Assembly: GCA_963778655.1 (NCBI GenBank)
Contig: CAVZVA010000005.1
Coordinates: forward strand, 160,001-224,000
Source of the DNA: an uncultured delta proteobacterium
Lineage (GTDB): Bacteria; Myxococcota_A; Polyangia; Polyangiales; JAFGIB01
Direction of reading: 5' to 3'
Length of the DNA stretch: 64,000 nt
The notes below the pieces were generated by a model, which searched no databases, was not told the DNA's origin, and saw only the letters and a list, made by a program, of their open reading frames with translations. Made by a program: the position numbers and the translations under genes. Below are positions 9,090 through 19,585 of this stretch, one piece after another (position 1 is the stretch's first letter; each line of letters starts with the position of its first letter).

Positions 9090-11696
9090 TCACTGCTGCA
9101 AGCAAGCCAGCGAGAGGTTGGTGTTGCAGGGCGTCGCCGGCGCGATCGTGCCGTCGAACGAGAAGGCCGTCTGCAGGTGTGCGTCGCCGGCGCGCCCGCT
9201 GTAGCCGGTATCGCTGTTGGCCGAGGACATCCAGTCGTTGCAGGTGCTGGCGGCGGTTCCGACCACGGTGAGGACGTTGCTGCTCCCGGTGCCGGCCGGC
9301 CCGCCGCTCCACACGCCGTAGTTGTCGAATTGCGCTCCGTTGTCCGCGGGAATGTTCAGAGGCACGTCCCAGATCAGCGTCCCGCTGGCCACGGCCGCCG
9401 CGGCCGTTGCGGCGAGCGGGATGCCGTCCATTCGCACCCAGGGCGTGCCGCTGACGGTGAACCGCGAGGCCGCCGATCCGCTGGTGGTAGCCAGCAGGGC
9501 ATTGAATGTGCCGGACAGGCCGGCGCCCGTGGCCTCGCTCTGGCAGAGCGCGTCCGCGCTGGCAATCCCGCCGCCGGGCGTCCAGTGGCCCCGGGTGACG
9601 AAGGCCTTGCGTCCGGTAGCGGGCGTGATGCTCAGCAACGAGGTGTTGCTCACACCGAAGCAATACACCGGGTTCGCCGCGGCGCAGCCTTGTCCGCCCG
9701 CGATTGTGAAGCCGTAACCTCCGCCCGTGCTGGAGCCGATCGCCGCGAACGCGGGGCTCGTGTTGCTGGTCCATGAGTTGCACGTCGTTCCCGTGTCCGG
9801 CGTTCCGTCGAAGTTCGTTCCCGTGAAGACGTTGACGTGGCCCCGATCGGAACCGACCGCCGTCAGTCGAATGGGGTAGTAGATGCGGGTGGAGTAGGGG
9901 CCCGCGGCCGCGAAACCGCTGCTCTGGTCCGCGAACGGCTTGCCGTCGGGCCGCACCCAGGCGCGCGCCGACCCGAGCCGCGAAAGCGCGCTCACCGTTT
10001 CGGTCGAAAGCCAGGCCTTGTAGGTGCCGGGCAGGCCCGCGCTGTTGGCCTCGCTCTGGCACATCGCGTCCGCCGCGGCCACTCCGGTGCTGGCGTCGAA
10101 GCTCCCCTGGGTGACGAAGACGTAGTTGGGCGGCGGCACGAAGTTGGCGTCGATCGTGGTGGCCGCCGTGATGGTGACGCTGCAGCTGGCGGTGCCGCTG
10201 CAGCCGCCGCCGCTGAAGCCGCCAAACACGCTGGAGCCGGCCGCGGTCGCGCTCAGCGTCACGTTCGTTCCGTAGTTGTAGAGATGGCTGCAGGTGCTGC
10301 CACAGCTGATGCCGCCGTCCCCGGAGTCGACGCTGCCACTGCCCGAGCCCGACTTGGTGATCTGAAGCGGATACTGCTTGAGCGTGAAGCTCGCCGTGAT
10401 CGTGGTGGCCGCGCTCACCGTAACCACGCAGTCGCCGGTTCCCGAGCAGCCGCCGCCGCTCCAGCCGCTGAAGTTGCTGCCGGTGGCTGGGTTGGCGCTG
10501 AGCGTCACGTTCGTTCCGTAGTTGTAGCTCGCGCTGCAGCTGCCGCCGCAATTGATGCCGCCGACGTTGGAGCTCACCGTCCCGCCGCCGTTTCCGCCTT
10601 TGGACAGCGCGAGCGTCAGTTGCTTGAGCGTGAAGGTCGCGGTGACCGTGGTCGCCGTGGCCAGCGTGACCATGCAGGAGCCGGTTCCGCTGCAGCCGCC
10701 ACCGCTCCACCCGGTGAAGTCGGATCCGGCTGTGGGCGTGGCGGCGAGCGTGACGTTGGTGGTGGCGCCGTAGGATTCGGTGCAGTCGCTGCCGCAGTCG
10801 ATGCCGGCGGGCGTGGAGGTCACGCTGCCGCTCCCGCTGCCGGTCGGGGCCACGACCAGGGTGTAGTCGTCGAGCGGAAAGGTGGCGGTCACGTCCACGT
10901 CTGCCGAAACCGTGAAGGAGCAGGGGTCCACGCCGGAACAGGGGCCTCCGGTCCAGCCACCGAACAAGGAGTTGCTCCCCGGCGTGCCGGTCAGCGTCAC
11001 CTCGGTGCCCTCGTCGACCACCGCGCTGCAGGTCGAGCCGCAGTCGATGCTCGCGCCGCCCGCGCTCACGCTCCCGCTGCCGGCCCCCTGCTTGGTGATC
11101 GTGATGGTGTGAGTGGCGGGCACGAAGCTTGCGCTGACGTCGGTGTCGCCGTCGAGCGTCAGCACGCAGGTGAGGTCGCTGCCCGAGCAGGCGCCGCCCC
11201 AGCCGTCGAAGCTCGAGCCGCTGGCCGGCGCCGCGGTCAGCGTCACCGTGGCGCCCGGCGCGAAGTGCGCGCTGCAGGTGCTGCCGCAGTCGATCGCGGC
11301 GTCGTCGGACGACACCGTTCCCTCGCCCGAGCCGTCCTTGCTCAGCGTCAGCACCACCGCGGTCGAGCCATCGGGTGGCGGCGTGCCGGCTTCGCCTGAG
11401 CCGGCCTCGGCCGATCCGTCGCCGCGCGGCCCGGCTTCGACCGCCGCCTCGGGCTCAGCGTCACGCGCGGCGTCGACCATGCCGTCGGCCGCTGCGTCGA
11501 GCCCCGGGCCTGCGTCGTTCGGGCCTGCGTCGCCGTCCTGAGCCGATCCTGGCTTCGCGTAGCAGAAGTGGTCGAGACGGCAGTGGTAGCTCGCGGGGCA
11601 GTCCTGGTCGCGAGCGCACGCGAACACGCCGTCCGGGGGCGAGGTGGTGCAGCCAGCCAGGGCTAGGCTGGCGATCAGCGGCGCCCAGCTCCGCAT
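9090..11696 (-). CDS. Surface lipoprotein with five InlB-B/Flg_new-like repeats and two DUF1554 (endostatin-like) domains
   Basis: LAG-C lipobox, CARDQDCPASYHC, 5x GSGSGxVxS...IxCGxxC...VTLTA...FxGWxGxC, 2x FVT...GxAxADAxCQSEA..AGL.GT[Y/F].A.L. Confidence 0.8.
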   Translation of the reverse strand: MRSWAPLIASLALAGCTTSPPDGVFACARDQDCPASYHCRLDHFCYAKPGSAQDGDAGPNDAGPGLDAAADGMVDAARDAEPEAAVEAGPRGDGSAEAGSGEAGTPPPDGSTAVVLTLSKDGSGEGTVSSDDAAIDCGSTCSAHFAPGATVTLTAAPASGSSFDGWGGACSGSDLTCVLTLDGDTDVSASFVPATHTITITKQGAGSGSVSAGGASIDCGSTCSAVVDEGTEVTLTGTPGSNSLFGGWTGGPCSGVDPCSFTVSADVDVTATFPLDDYTLVVAPTGSGSGSVTSTPAGIDCGSDCTESYGATTNVTLAATPTAGSDFTGWSGGGCSGTGSCMVTLATATTVTATFTLKQLTLALSKGGNGGGTVSSNVGGINCGGSCSASYNYGTNVTLSANPATGSNFSGWSGGGCSGTGDCVVTVSAATTITASFTLKQYPLQITKSGSGSGSVDSGDGGISCGSTCSHLYNYGTNVTLSATAAGSSVFGGFSGGGCSGTASCSVTITAATTIDANFVPPPNYVFVTQGSFDASTGVAAADAMCQSEANSAGLPGTYKAWLSTETVSALSRLGSARAWVRPDGKPFADQSSGFAAAGPYSTRIYYPIRLTAVGSDRGHVNVFTGTNFDGTPDTGTTCNSWTSNTSPAFAAIGSSTGGGYGFTIAGGQGCAAANPVYCFGVSNTSLLSITPATGRKAFVTRGHWTPGGGIASADALCQSEATGAGLSGTFNALLATTSGSAASRFTVSGTPWVRMDGIPLAATAAAAVASGTLIWDVPLNIPADNGAQFDNYGVWSGGPAGTGSSNVLTVVGTAASTCNDWMSSANSDTGYSGRAGDAHLQTAFSFDGTIAPATPCNTNLSLACLQQ

Positions 11697-12649
11697 CAGA
11701 ACGTTCCCGCCAGCTCCAGACCGCCCGGTTGAACGCGCAGCGACGCGCTCTGATCGCGTCGCGATTGCGCCGGAATCAGCTTCCAGGCGAGGCCGGCCGC
11801 GATGCCGGCGGCGCCCACCCCCAGCATCACGATGCCGACGGTCGACAGTGTGGGCACCCGGTTGGAGGCGCTCTTGACCGACGACCACTGCGTGCCTTTG
11901 CTGGCGTCCTCGACCTTGGCCTTGTCGGAGAGCGCGAGCCCCAGCAGCACGCCGCCGGTGACGGCCACGGCAGCCGATGCGCCGATCACGATCCACGGTG
12001 CGAGCCGGCCGCGCGCTGTCGCGGGCTGTGCTGCGGGCAGCGGCGAAGGCTCGGGGCCCGGCTGGGCGCGCACCGGCTCAGGCGGCAGCGCGGGCTCGAG
12101 CGGGGCCAGCTCCACGGGGATCACCTTGTCCTCGCCGCCGTTGATGGTGACCCGCAGCTCCTCCTCCCTGTAACCGTCGGCGCGCACGGTGATGACGCGC
12201 TCGCCGGGGTCGAGGGTCAGCTGAGGGCTCGAAACCGGCTGGCCGTCGAGCAGGATGACGGCCGAGGCGGGCGAGACCTCCAGCCGCAGCTTGCCGACGT
12301 AGCTCTTGGCCCGCTCGAGCAACTCCTGCACCTCCTTGCGCTGCGCTGCTGTCAGGGGTCTGCGAGTCTCGGTCAGGGCCTGGTCGAGCTCGTCGATCGC
12401 CTGCAGGTAGTGGCGCAGCTCGAAGGAGGCCATGCCCAGGCCGCGCAAGGTGCGGGCTGTCGGCCGCAGCTTGTGTGCACGCGCCAGCAGCGCATGGGCC
12501 TCGGAGTAGGCGCCGGCGTCGAACTCATTGGTGGCCTCGCGCAGCAGCCGCTCGTAGCTCGCCTTCTCGGGCGCGTCCTCCGCCCTTGCCCTGGGGGACA
12601 TCCCGAAGAGACAAGCCAAGGCGAGCATCAGCCCCACCGACCGCTGCAT
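11696..12649 (-). CDS. TPR + PEGA domain protein with C-terminal hydrophobic segments
   Basis: Signal peptide, TPR (ARTLRGLGMASFEL), PEGA-like VSPASAVILLDG...LDPGERVITVRADGY; stop overlaps the next ATG (TGATG). Confidence 0.8.
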   Translation of the reverse strand: MQRSVGLMLALACLFGMSPRARAEDAPEKASYERLLREATNEFDAGAYSEAHALLARAHKLRPTARTLRGLGMASFELRHYLQAIDELDQALTETRRPLTAAQRKEVQELLERAKSYVGKLRLEVSPASAVILLDGQPVSSPQLTLDPGERVITVRADGYREEELRVTINGGEDKVIPVELAPLEPALPPEPVRAQPGPEPSPLPAAQPATARGRLAPWIVIGASAAVAVTGGVLLGLALSDKAKVEDASKGTQWSSVKSASNRVPTLSTVGIVMLGVGAAGIAAGLAWKLIPAQSRRDQSASLRVQPGGLELAGTF

Positions 12650-12993
12650 GGCTTGTAACCGCAAGCTCACAGTCGCCCCTTGCAATCCCGTCTCCCGGAG
12701 GGGCCTGACTAACGCACGACCCCGGCGTCATGCAAGGGGAACCGCCGTCCACCCGGGTGCAGGCGCGTGGTCGCGGCGGCGCTGCGCGAGCCGGTCGAGA
12801 CGCCCCCCGGTATAGAGAATGTGACGAGCGCGGTCGGCTCCGGCCTGGCGGGGCACAACGCCGGGGGCTTGCGGCCCAGCGAGCCAAGGGTGATGGGTGA
12901 CCGGCGCGCGCTTGCCTCGCCCGGCGGCTGCGGGCATGGTGGCGGACGCCGGTGGGCGGCCGGGTGAGCCGCCCGCGCGGGCCGGAGGAGCAG

Positions 12994-14136
<1,143 letters not shown>

Positions 14137-14140
14137 CGGG

Positions 14141-14878
14141 GTGCCCAAGCTTCTGCCTGCTGCGGGGCATGGCGCGCTGCTGGCGGCGCTATTGGGTGTT
14201 GCGCTCGCGAGCTGCGGCTCGGAGCCGCCACCCGAGCCGGTTCGGCCCGGCGCGGACAGCAGCGGCGCCGAGGCCGGGCCCGCACCCGCGAGGATGCAGG
14301 TCTCGGGGTTGATGGGCACCATCCCCGAGCGGAAGATCCAGGCCACGCTCGAGCCGCGCCTGCCGCGCTTCCAGCACTGTTTCGCGCAAGGCGCGCAGCA
14401 GGTGGAGCTGATCTCGGGGCGTATGCAGTTCTACTTCCGGGTCGCGCTCGACGGTCGGGTGGAGTGGGTCTATCCCAAGGTCTCGACCGTCGGCGACCGC
14501 GCCACCGAGCAGTGTCTGCTCGAGGTCGCCCGGGCCGCGCGCTTCCCCGCGCCCAAGGGCGGCGGCGCGGCCGAGCTGTCCTGGGGCTTCGAGCTGGACG
14601 CCTCGGACGAGGCTCGGCCGCCGGTCCCGTGGGAGCCGTCGCAGGTGCAGCCGGTGCTGGAGGCGCAGCGCGCCACGTTGGACCACTGCGGGCTCGAGCC
14701 GGGCGCGCTGCTGGTCACCGCGTATGTTGCGCCCGGCGGGCAGGTGCTGGCGGCGGGCGCGTCGGCCAGCTCGCGCCAGGCGGCCGAGCGCATCGACTGC
14801 GCGCTCGACGCGGTCCGTCGGTGGCAGCTGCCCGATCCAGGCTCGTACATGGCTAAGGTGAGCTTCTCGGTTCCCTGA
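14141..14878 (+). CDS. Lipoprotein with two AgmX/PglI-like (TonB-C-like) domains
   Basis: LAS-C lipobox; CF...[14 protein letters not shown] and C...[14 protein letters not shown]. Confidence 0.65.
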   Translation: MPKLLPAAGHGALLAALLGVALASCGSEPPPEPVRPGADSSGAEAGPAPARMQVSGLMGTIPERKIQATLEPRLPRFQHCFAQGAQQVELISGRMQFYFRVALDGRVEWVYPKVSTVGDRATEQCLLEVARAARFPAPKGGGAAELSWGFELDASDEARPPVPWEPSQVQPVLEAQRATLDHCGLEPGALLVTAYVAPGGQVLAAGASASSRQAAERIDCALDAVRRWQLPDPGSYMAKVSFSVP

Positions 14879-14990
14879 GGGTGACTTCGCGCGCGTGGCG
14901 GCGCGCGGCGTTGCGCGTATGCTTGAGGTCGCGGAAGCCCCGATCGCGGCGGGTGCCGGCCGGTCGAGCTCCGAGAACGGGAGCGAAGCG

Positions 14991-15440
14991 ATGAGCAATC
15001 CGAGTGAAGGCGGCTCCCAGGTCACGGCGCGAATCGGTAGCGCCGGCCTGGTCACGCAGCTCGAGGCCGGAGGCCATACGCTGGTGGGCGACGAGCCGAT
15101 CTCGGCCGGCGGCACCGACCAGGGGCCCTCGCCCTACGAGTACCTGCTCGCGAGCCTGGGCAGCTGCACCGCGATCACGCTGCGCCTCTACGCCAATCGC
15201 AAGCAGTGGCCGCTGGAAGGCGTGGTGGTGCAGCTCAAGCACAGCCGCATCCACGCCGAGGATTGCGCCGACTGCGAGCGCAAGAGCGGCCGCATCGACC
15301 AGATCGAGCGCAGGATCACGCTGCAAGGCCCGCTGGACGCGGCCCAGCGCACCCGCCTGCTCGAGATCGCCAACCACTGCCCGGTCCACAAGACCCTCAG
15401 CGGCGAGATCAAGATCCGCAGCCAGCTCACCGACTCCTGA
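14991..15440 (+). CDS. OsmC/YhfA family protein
   Basis: [26 protein letters not shown] and [11 protein letters not shown]. Confidence 0.9.
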   Translation: MSNPSEGGSQVTARIGSAGLVTQLEAGGHTLVGDEPISAGGTDQGPSPYEYLLASLGSCTAITLRLYANRKQWPLEGVVVQLKHSRIHAEDCADCERKSGRIDQIERRITLQGPLDAAQRTRLLEIANHCPVHKTLSGEIKIRSQLTDS

Positions 15441-15518
15441 CCCCCCCTGTCGCCCTTCGTCCCCGTCCCCGTGGTCGTTCGCCGTGCCGCCCGCGTGACC
15501 TGCCCGGAGCCTTGCGCC

Positions 15519-16088
15519 TCAATATGGGAAGCACTGGGCGAAGTCGCAGCTCGCGTATGCCGAGCACATCGCGTATGCACTTTCATAGGCCATGCGGTCT
15601 GGGACGCCGAAGTTGAACACGGTGCCGACCTCTGCGCCCACGCAGTTGTTGACCGCTTGGTTGGGGTCACCCACGCTGCGCCCCTGGTCGAGCGCGCACT
15701 GCGTCTTCTGCTGGCACGCGTACGTGATGCTGGCCATCTGTTGCTCGCCGTAGCCGCTGGGATGGCGCTGCGTGCAGTCCCAGTAGTCGCACGTCGTGAA
15801 GACCCCGCAGCGATTGGTCGTGCTGAGAAATTGCGGCTGGGTCTGCGGCATGCTGTTGAGCGTGTTCGCCTCCATCGCGACGCAGGTCTGGGTGAAATCG
15901 CCCTCGACGGCTTCGTTGCGGGAGAGCTTGCAGAGTCGGGTCTGCTCGCAGTCGTTCTCGATCCGCGTCTTGTTCATGCCGGCGAAGGTGCTCGGATCGT
16001 CGACCGGGGAGGAAGGCCCTCCTCCACAGGCCCCCGCGAGCAGGGCACAGGCGTACAGCACGTGGATCCACGACCGCGTTGGCTTCAT
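15519..16088 (-). CDS. Cys-rich lipoprotein with two 6-Cys repeats
   Basis: AGA-C lipobox; two repeats ending CD[Y/F]xxC. Confidence 0.7.
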   Translation of the reverse strand: MKPTRSWIHVLYACALLAGACGGGPSSPVDDPSTFAGMNKTRIENDCEQTRLCKLSRNEAVEGDFTQTCVAMEANTLNSMPQTQPQFLSTTNRCGVFTTCDYWDCTQRHPSGYGEQQMASITYACQQKTQCALDQGRSVGDPNQAVNNCVGAEVGTVFNFGVPDRMAYESAYAMCSAYASCDFAQCFPY

Positions 16089-16241
16089 CGCTGACGACCT
16101 CGAAGGGGTGAGTTGCAAGCCGGCGCCCCGACTCGACTTGTGCGCCGCTGCTGGGCCCATCCCGGACGATAGCGGTACCAGGCCGCGCCCGGGATGGGAA
16201 GAGCCCCAGAACTTGGACCGCGCCGGTGTCGCTCGTGCGCC

Positions 16242-17345
16242 TCAGCGCTCTCGTCGCAGCTTTCTTCGCCGCTGGTGCCGGCGCTGCGCCAGCTCGATCA
16301 GCCGGGCGAGCAGCGCGGGGTAGGGCAGCCCGGAGTGCTCCCAAAGCTTGGGGTACATGCTGATGGTGGTGAAGCCGGGAATGGTGTTGGCCTCGCTGAA
16401 CAGCAGCCGCCCGCTCGATCGCTCCAGAAACATGTCCACGCGCGCCATCCCGGCGCACTCGAGCACGCTGAACACTTCGCGCGCGATCTGCTGCGCGCTC
16501 GCCAGCTGGGCGGGCGAGAGCGAGGCGGGGATGATCAGCTCGGCGCCTTGCGGGTCGAGATACTTGCGCTCGTAGTCGTAGAAGCCGCCTCGGGGCACGA
16601 TTTCCCCGGCCACGCTGACCTCGGGCGGCTGGGCCGGGTCGAGCGGCTCGAGCACGGCGAGCTCAATCTCGCGGCCGTCCACGGCGCGCTCCACCAGCAC
16701 TTTGTCGTCGTACTCGAGGGCGTTCTCGACCGCGGCGTCCAGCTCGCTCGCGCTCGCCACCCGCGCCACGCCAACGCTCGAGCCCAGGCTTGCGGGCTTG
16801 ACGAACACCGGGTAGCCGAGCTCCTCGCGCACCCGCTCGTGCACGGCCCGCGCGTGGGCCGGCCATTGGCCCGCGCGCACGCAGACATAGTCGGCGGTGT
16901 CGATGCCCGCGGCGCGGACCAGGCGCTTGGCCGCGTCTTTGTCCATGGCGATCGCGGAGCCGAGCACACCCGCGCCGACGTACGCCACGTCGCACAGCTC
17001 GAGCAGGCCCTGGACGCTGCCATCCTCGCCCAGAGTGCCGTGCATCACTGGAAACACGACGTCGACCGGCCCGGCCTGCAGCCCCTGCAGCACGGCGCCC
17101 TCAGGGCGTCCCGCGAGCATGACCTCCGTGCCGTGCTCGTCGAGCGGCAGCGCCCGCTGCGTGGTCGCGCGCAGGCGCGCGAGGTCCTGGACGTGCCAGC
17201 TGCCTTCGCGGTCGACTGCGATCGGAATCACCTCGAAACGCTCCAGGTCGAGGTTGTCGAGCACGCACTTGGCGGACTCCAGCGAGACCTCGTGCTCGGA
17301 GGATTTGCCGCCGTATAGGACCGCCACGCGGGTACGCTTGCTCAT
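16242..17345 (-). CDS. ddl: D-alanine--D-alanine ligase
   Basis: GGKSSEHEVS, HGTLGEDG, VKPASLGSS, FYDYERKY, EANTIPGFT. Confidence 0.95.
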   Translation of the reverse strand: MSKRTRVAVLYGGKSSEHEVSLESAKCVLDNLDLERFEVIPIAVDREGSWHVQDLARLRATTQRALPLDEHGTEVMLAGRPEGAVLQGLQAGPVDVVFPVMHGTLGEDGSVQGLLELCDVAYVGAGVLGSAIAMDKDAAKRLVRAAGIDTADYVCVRAGQWPAHARAVHERVREELGYPVFVKPASLGSSVGVARVASASELDAAVENALEYDDKVLVERAVDGREIELAVLEPLDPAQPPEVSVAGEIVPRGGFYDYERKYLDPQGAELIIPASLSPAQLASAQQIAREVFSVLECAGMARVDMFLERSSGRLLFSEANTIPGFTTISMYPKLWEHSGLPYPALLARLIELAQRRHQRRRKLRRER

Positions 17346-17356
17346 GCTGACGCGTT

Positions 17357-18454
17357 TCAGTACCTGAAGGGCCAGGCGACGAAGTAGCGTTTGACGCGAA
17401 GCCAGAACCCGAGCAAGCCGAGCGGCTCGAATATCAGGAAGGCGACGACCACCAGCGAGAACAGCAGCGTCGCCTGCTGGGTCGCGCTCAGGCCCGAGAG
17501 CATCGGTAGGTGAGGCTTGAGCGCCTCGAACAGCGACTCGGCCAGCGGCGAGAGCACCACGAACACGATCGCGCCCCAGACCGCGCCGAACACCGAGCCC
17601 ACCCCGCCGAGCACGATGATCGCGATGTACTGCACGCTCATGTTGAGGTCGAAGGGCGGATCGATGGTGATGTACTGCTGCTGGCATGCGAACATCGCGC
17701 CCGCTACGCCTGCCAGAAACGACGACAGCCCGAACGAGATCACTTTGGCCTTGGCCGGGTGCACGCCCATGACCGCGGCCGCGACATCGTGGTCTCGCAC
17801 CGCCATCATCGCGCGGCCGGTGTTCGAACGCTTGACGTTGTTGGCGGCCAGCGTGCACAGCAGGGCGATGCTCGAGAATACGAAGTACAGCTTGCGCTCG
17901 AAGGTCAGCTCGAGCGGGCCGAGCTGCAGCGTCTGCGAGAAGTCGCCGCCGGCTGCAGCGTGTCCGAGCCCGCTGTGCATGGTGACCGCAATGCCCATCG
18001 CGCCATGGGTCAGATCGGTCAGCGAGTGCAGTAGATGGTTGACCAGGAACAGCATGCCGAGCGTGACGATCGCCAGGTACAGCCCGGCCAGGCGCAGCGC
18101 GAACGGCCCGACGCACAAACCGACCGCGGCTGCGACCCCGCCTGCGAGCGGGATCGCCAGCCAGTACGGCGTGCCGAAGCGCTCGCCCAGGATCGCCGTG
18201 GTGTAGGCTCCGAGCGCGAGAAAGGCCGCGTGACCGAGGCTGATCTGGCCCGAGAAGCCGGTCAGCACCATCATCCCGAGCGCGCCGACCACGGTCACCC
18301 ACGCCAGGTTGCCGACCGTCAGCCACTGGCTGCTGGCCAGGAACGGGAAGACCAGCGCCGCCGGCACGGCCAGCACCAGTCCCAGCTTGTGCCAGCGCCC
18401 CGGAAACAACGCCAGGTCGTCCTCGTAGCGCGTGATTAGCAGGCGTGTCGGCAT
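17357..18454 (-). CDS. HAAT-family ABC permease (LivM-like)
   Basis: GQISLGHAAF, GLYLAIVTL, GRAMMAVRD. Confidence 0.9.
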   Translation of the reverse strand: MPTRLLITRYEDDLALFPGRWHKLGLVLAVPAALVFPFLASSQWLTVGNLAWVTVVGALGMMVLTGFSGQISLGHAAFLALGAYTTAILGERFGTPYWLAIPLAGGVAAAVGLCVGPFALRLAGLYLAIVTLGMLFLVNHLLHSLTDLTHGAMGIAVTMHSGLGHAAAGGDFSQTLQLGPLELTFERKLYFVFSSIALLCTLAANNVKRSNTGRAMMAVRDHDVAAAVMGVHPAKAKVISFGLSSFLAGVAGAMFACQQQYITIDPPFDLNMSVQYIAIIVLGGVGSVFGAVWGAIVFVVLSPLAESLFEALKPHLPMLSGLSATQQATLLFSLVVVAFLIFEPLGLLGFWLRVKRYFVAWPFRY

Positions 18455-18532
18455 GCGGGGCTCCGGCTCTGCAATATCAGGACCGGTGAAGGGACCTCAA
18501 GCGCGTTCGCATTCGCGGGATATGGAGCTGCA

Positions 18533-18593
18533 ACAGGAAGGCGGCAAGACGGGAAGAACGAAAGGAATTCATCTGCGCTTGCCGTCTTGCCGT
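18533..18593. repeat. REP-like 8-mer repeat, inverted pair
   Basis: ACAGGAAG GCGGCAAG ACGGGAAG (18533-18556) facing CTTGCCGT CTTGCCGT (18578-18593). Confidence 0.8.
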
Positions 18594-18621
18594 TGGTCCG
18601 TTCTTCGGGTCAGGCCCGAGC

Positions 18622-19518
18622 CTATGCGCGTTTGACCGCCCGGCGGCCGAACAGGCCGTGGGGGCGCACGATCAGCACGAGGATCATCACCAGATAGGGA
18701 AAGACGCCGTGGAAGTTGTTGCCGAGCTGGCCGAGCAGCGGATTGAGGTAGGCCTGCGCCAGCACCTCGAGCACACCGAGGATCAGCGACGCCACCACCG
18801 CGCCGACCGCCGACTCGAGGCCGCCCAGGATCACAGCCGGAAAGGCCCGCAGCGCGATGAAGCCGAGGGTCGGGTCCACGCTGCTCGGGAACATGCCGAG
18901 GAAGACGCCGCCGAGCGCCGCAAACGTCCCGGACATGAACCAGGTCGCCCCCAAGATGCGGCCCACCGGAATGCCGTGCGCGAGCGAGGCCTCCTGGTCG
19001 CTGCTGGCCGCGCGCATCGCCACGCCCAGCTTGGTGTAGCGGATCAGCGCGAAGAACGCGCCCAGCGCCAGCGCACCGGCTCCGACCGCCGCGATCGAGT
19101 TGAGCAGAATGCGTGCGCTGCCGAGCTGCACCACGCGCGTGGTCTCCCACGGGGTGGGCATCCCGCGCGGCTCGACGCCCCAGATGATGATCACCATGGC
19201 GCGCAGGAAGAAGCCGACGAAGATGGTCAGGATCGCGCTGACGAAGATGGGCCGGCCGATCAGCGGCCGCATCACCCCGCGCTCGATACCGGCGGCGACC
19301 AGCCCCGTCAGCACCATCGCGCCCAGCAGCGCGAGCGGCCAGGGCAGGTGGTGGTCGCACAGCATCACCATCAGGTAGGCGCCGGTGCTCAGCAGCTCGC
19401 CCTGGGCGAAGTTGAAGACCTCCGAGGCGCGGTAAATCACGACGAAGCCGAGCGCGATCAGCGCGTAGATCGCGCCCAGCGCCAGGCCTGAGACCGTGAG
19501 TTGGATCAGGTTGCCCAC
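18622..19518 (-). CDS. HAAT-family ABC permease (LivH-like)
   Basis: GLALGAIYALIALG, FNFAQGE, LGVAMRA; GGAGG RBS before GTG. Confidence 0.9.
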   Translation of the reverse strand: MGNLIQLTVSGLALGAIYALIALGFVVIYRASEVFNFAQGELLSTGAYLMVMLCDHHLPWPLALLGAMVLTGLVAAGIERGVMRPLIGRPIFVSAILTIFVGFFLRAMVIIIWGVEPRGMPTPWETTRVVQLGSARILLNSIAAVGAGALALGAFFALIRYTKLGVAMRAASSDQEASLAHGIPVGRILGATWFMSGTFAALGGVFLGMFPSSVDPTLGFIALRAFPAVILGGLESAVGAVVASLILGVLEVLAQAYLNPLLGQLGNNFHGVFPYLVMILVLIVRPHGLFGRRAVKRA

Positions 19519-19585
19519 GGCACCTCCGGGCGCGCGGCGTAAGCCGCGGCCGCGCGTGCTCGGGACGGCGTTACGGGGGCGGGCC

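Noticed and set aside
16242..18326. 694-aa ddl extension, and possible Van-type D-Ala-D-Lac ligase
   Set aside because: The extension is an alternative frame over livM; the omega loop YERKY fits an ordinary D-Ala-D-Ala ligase and no van genes are nearby
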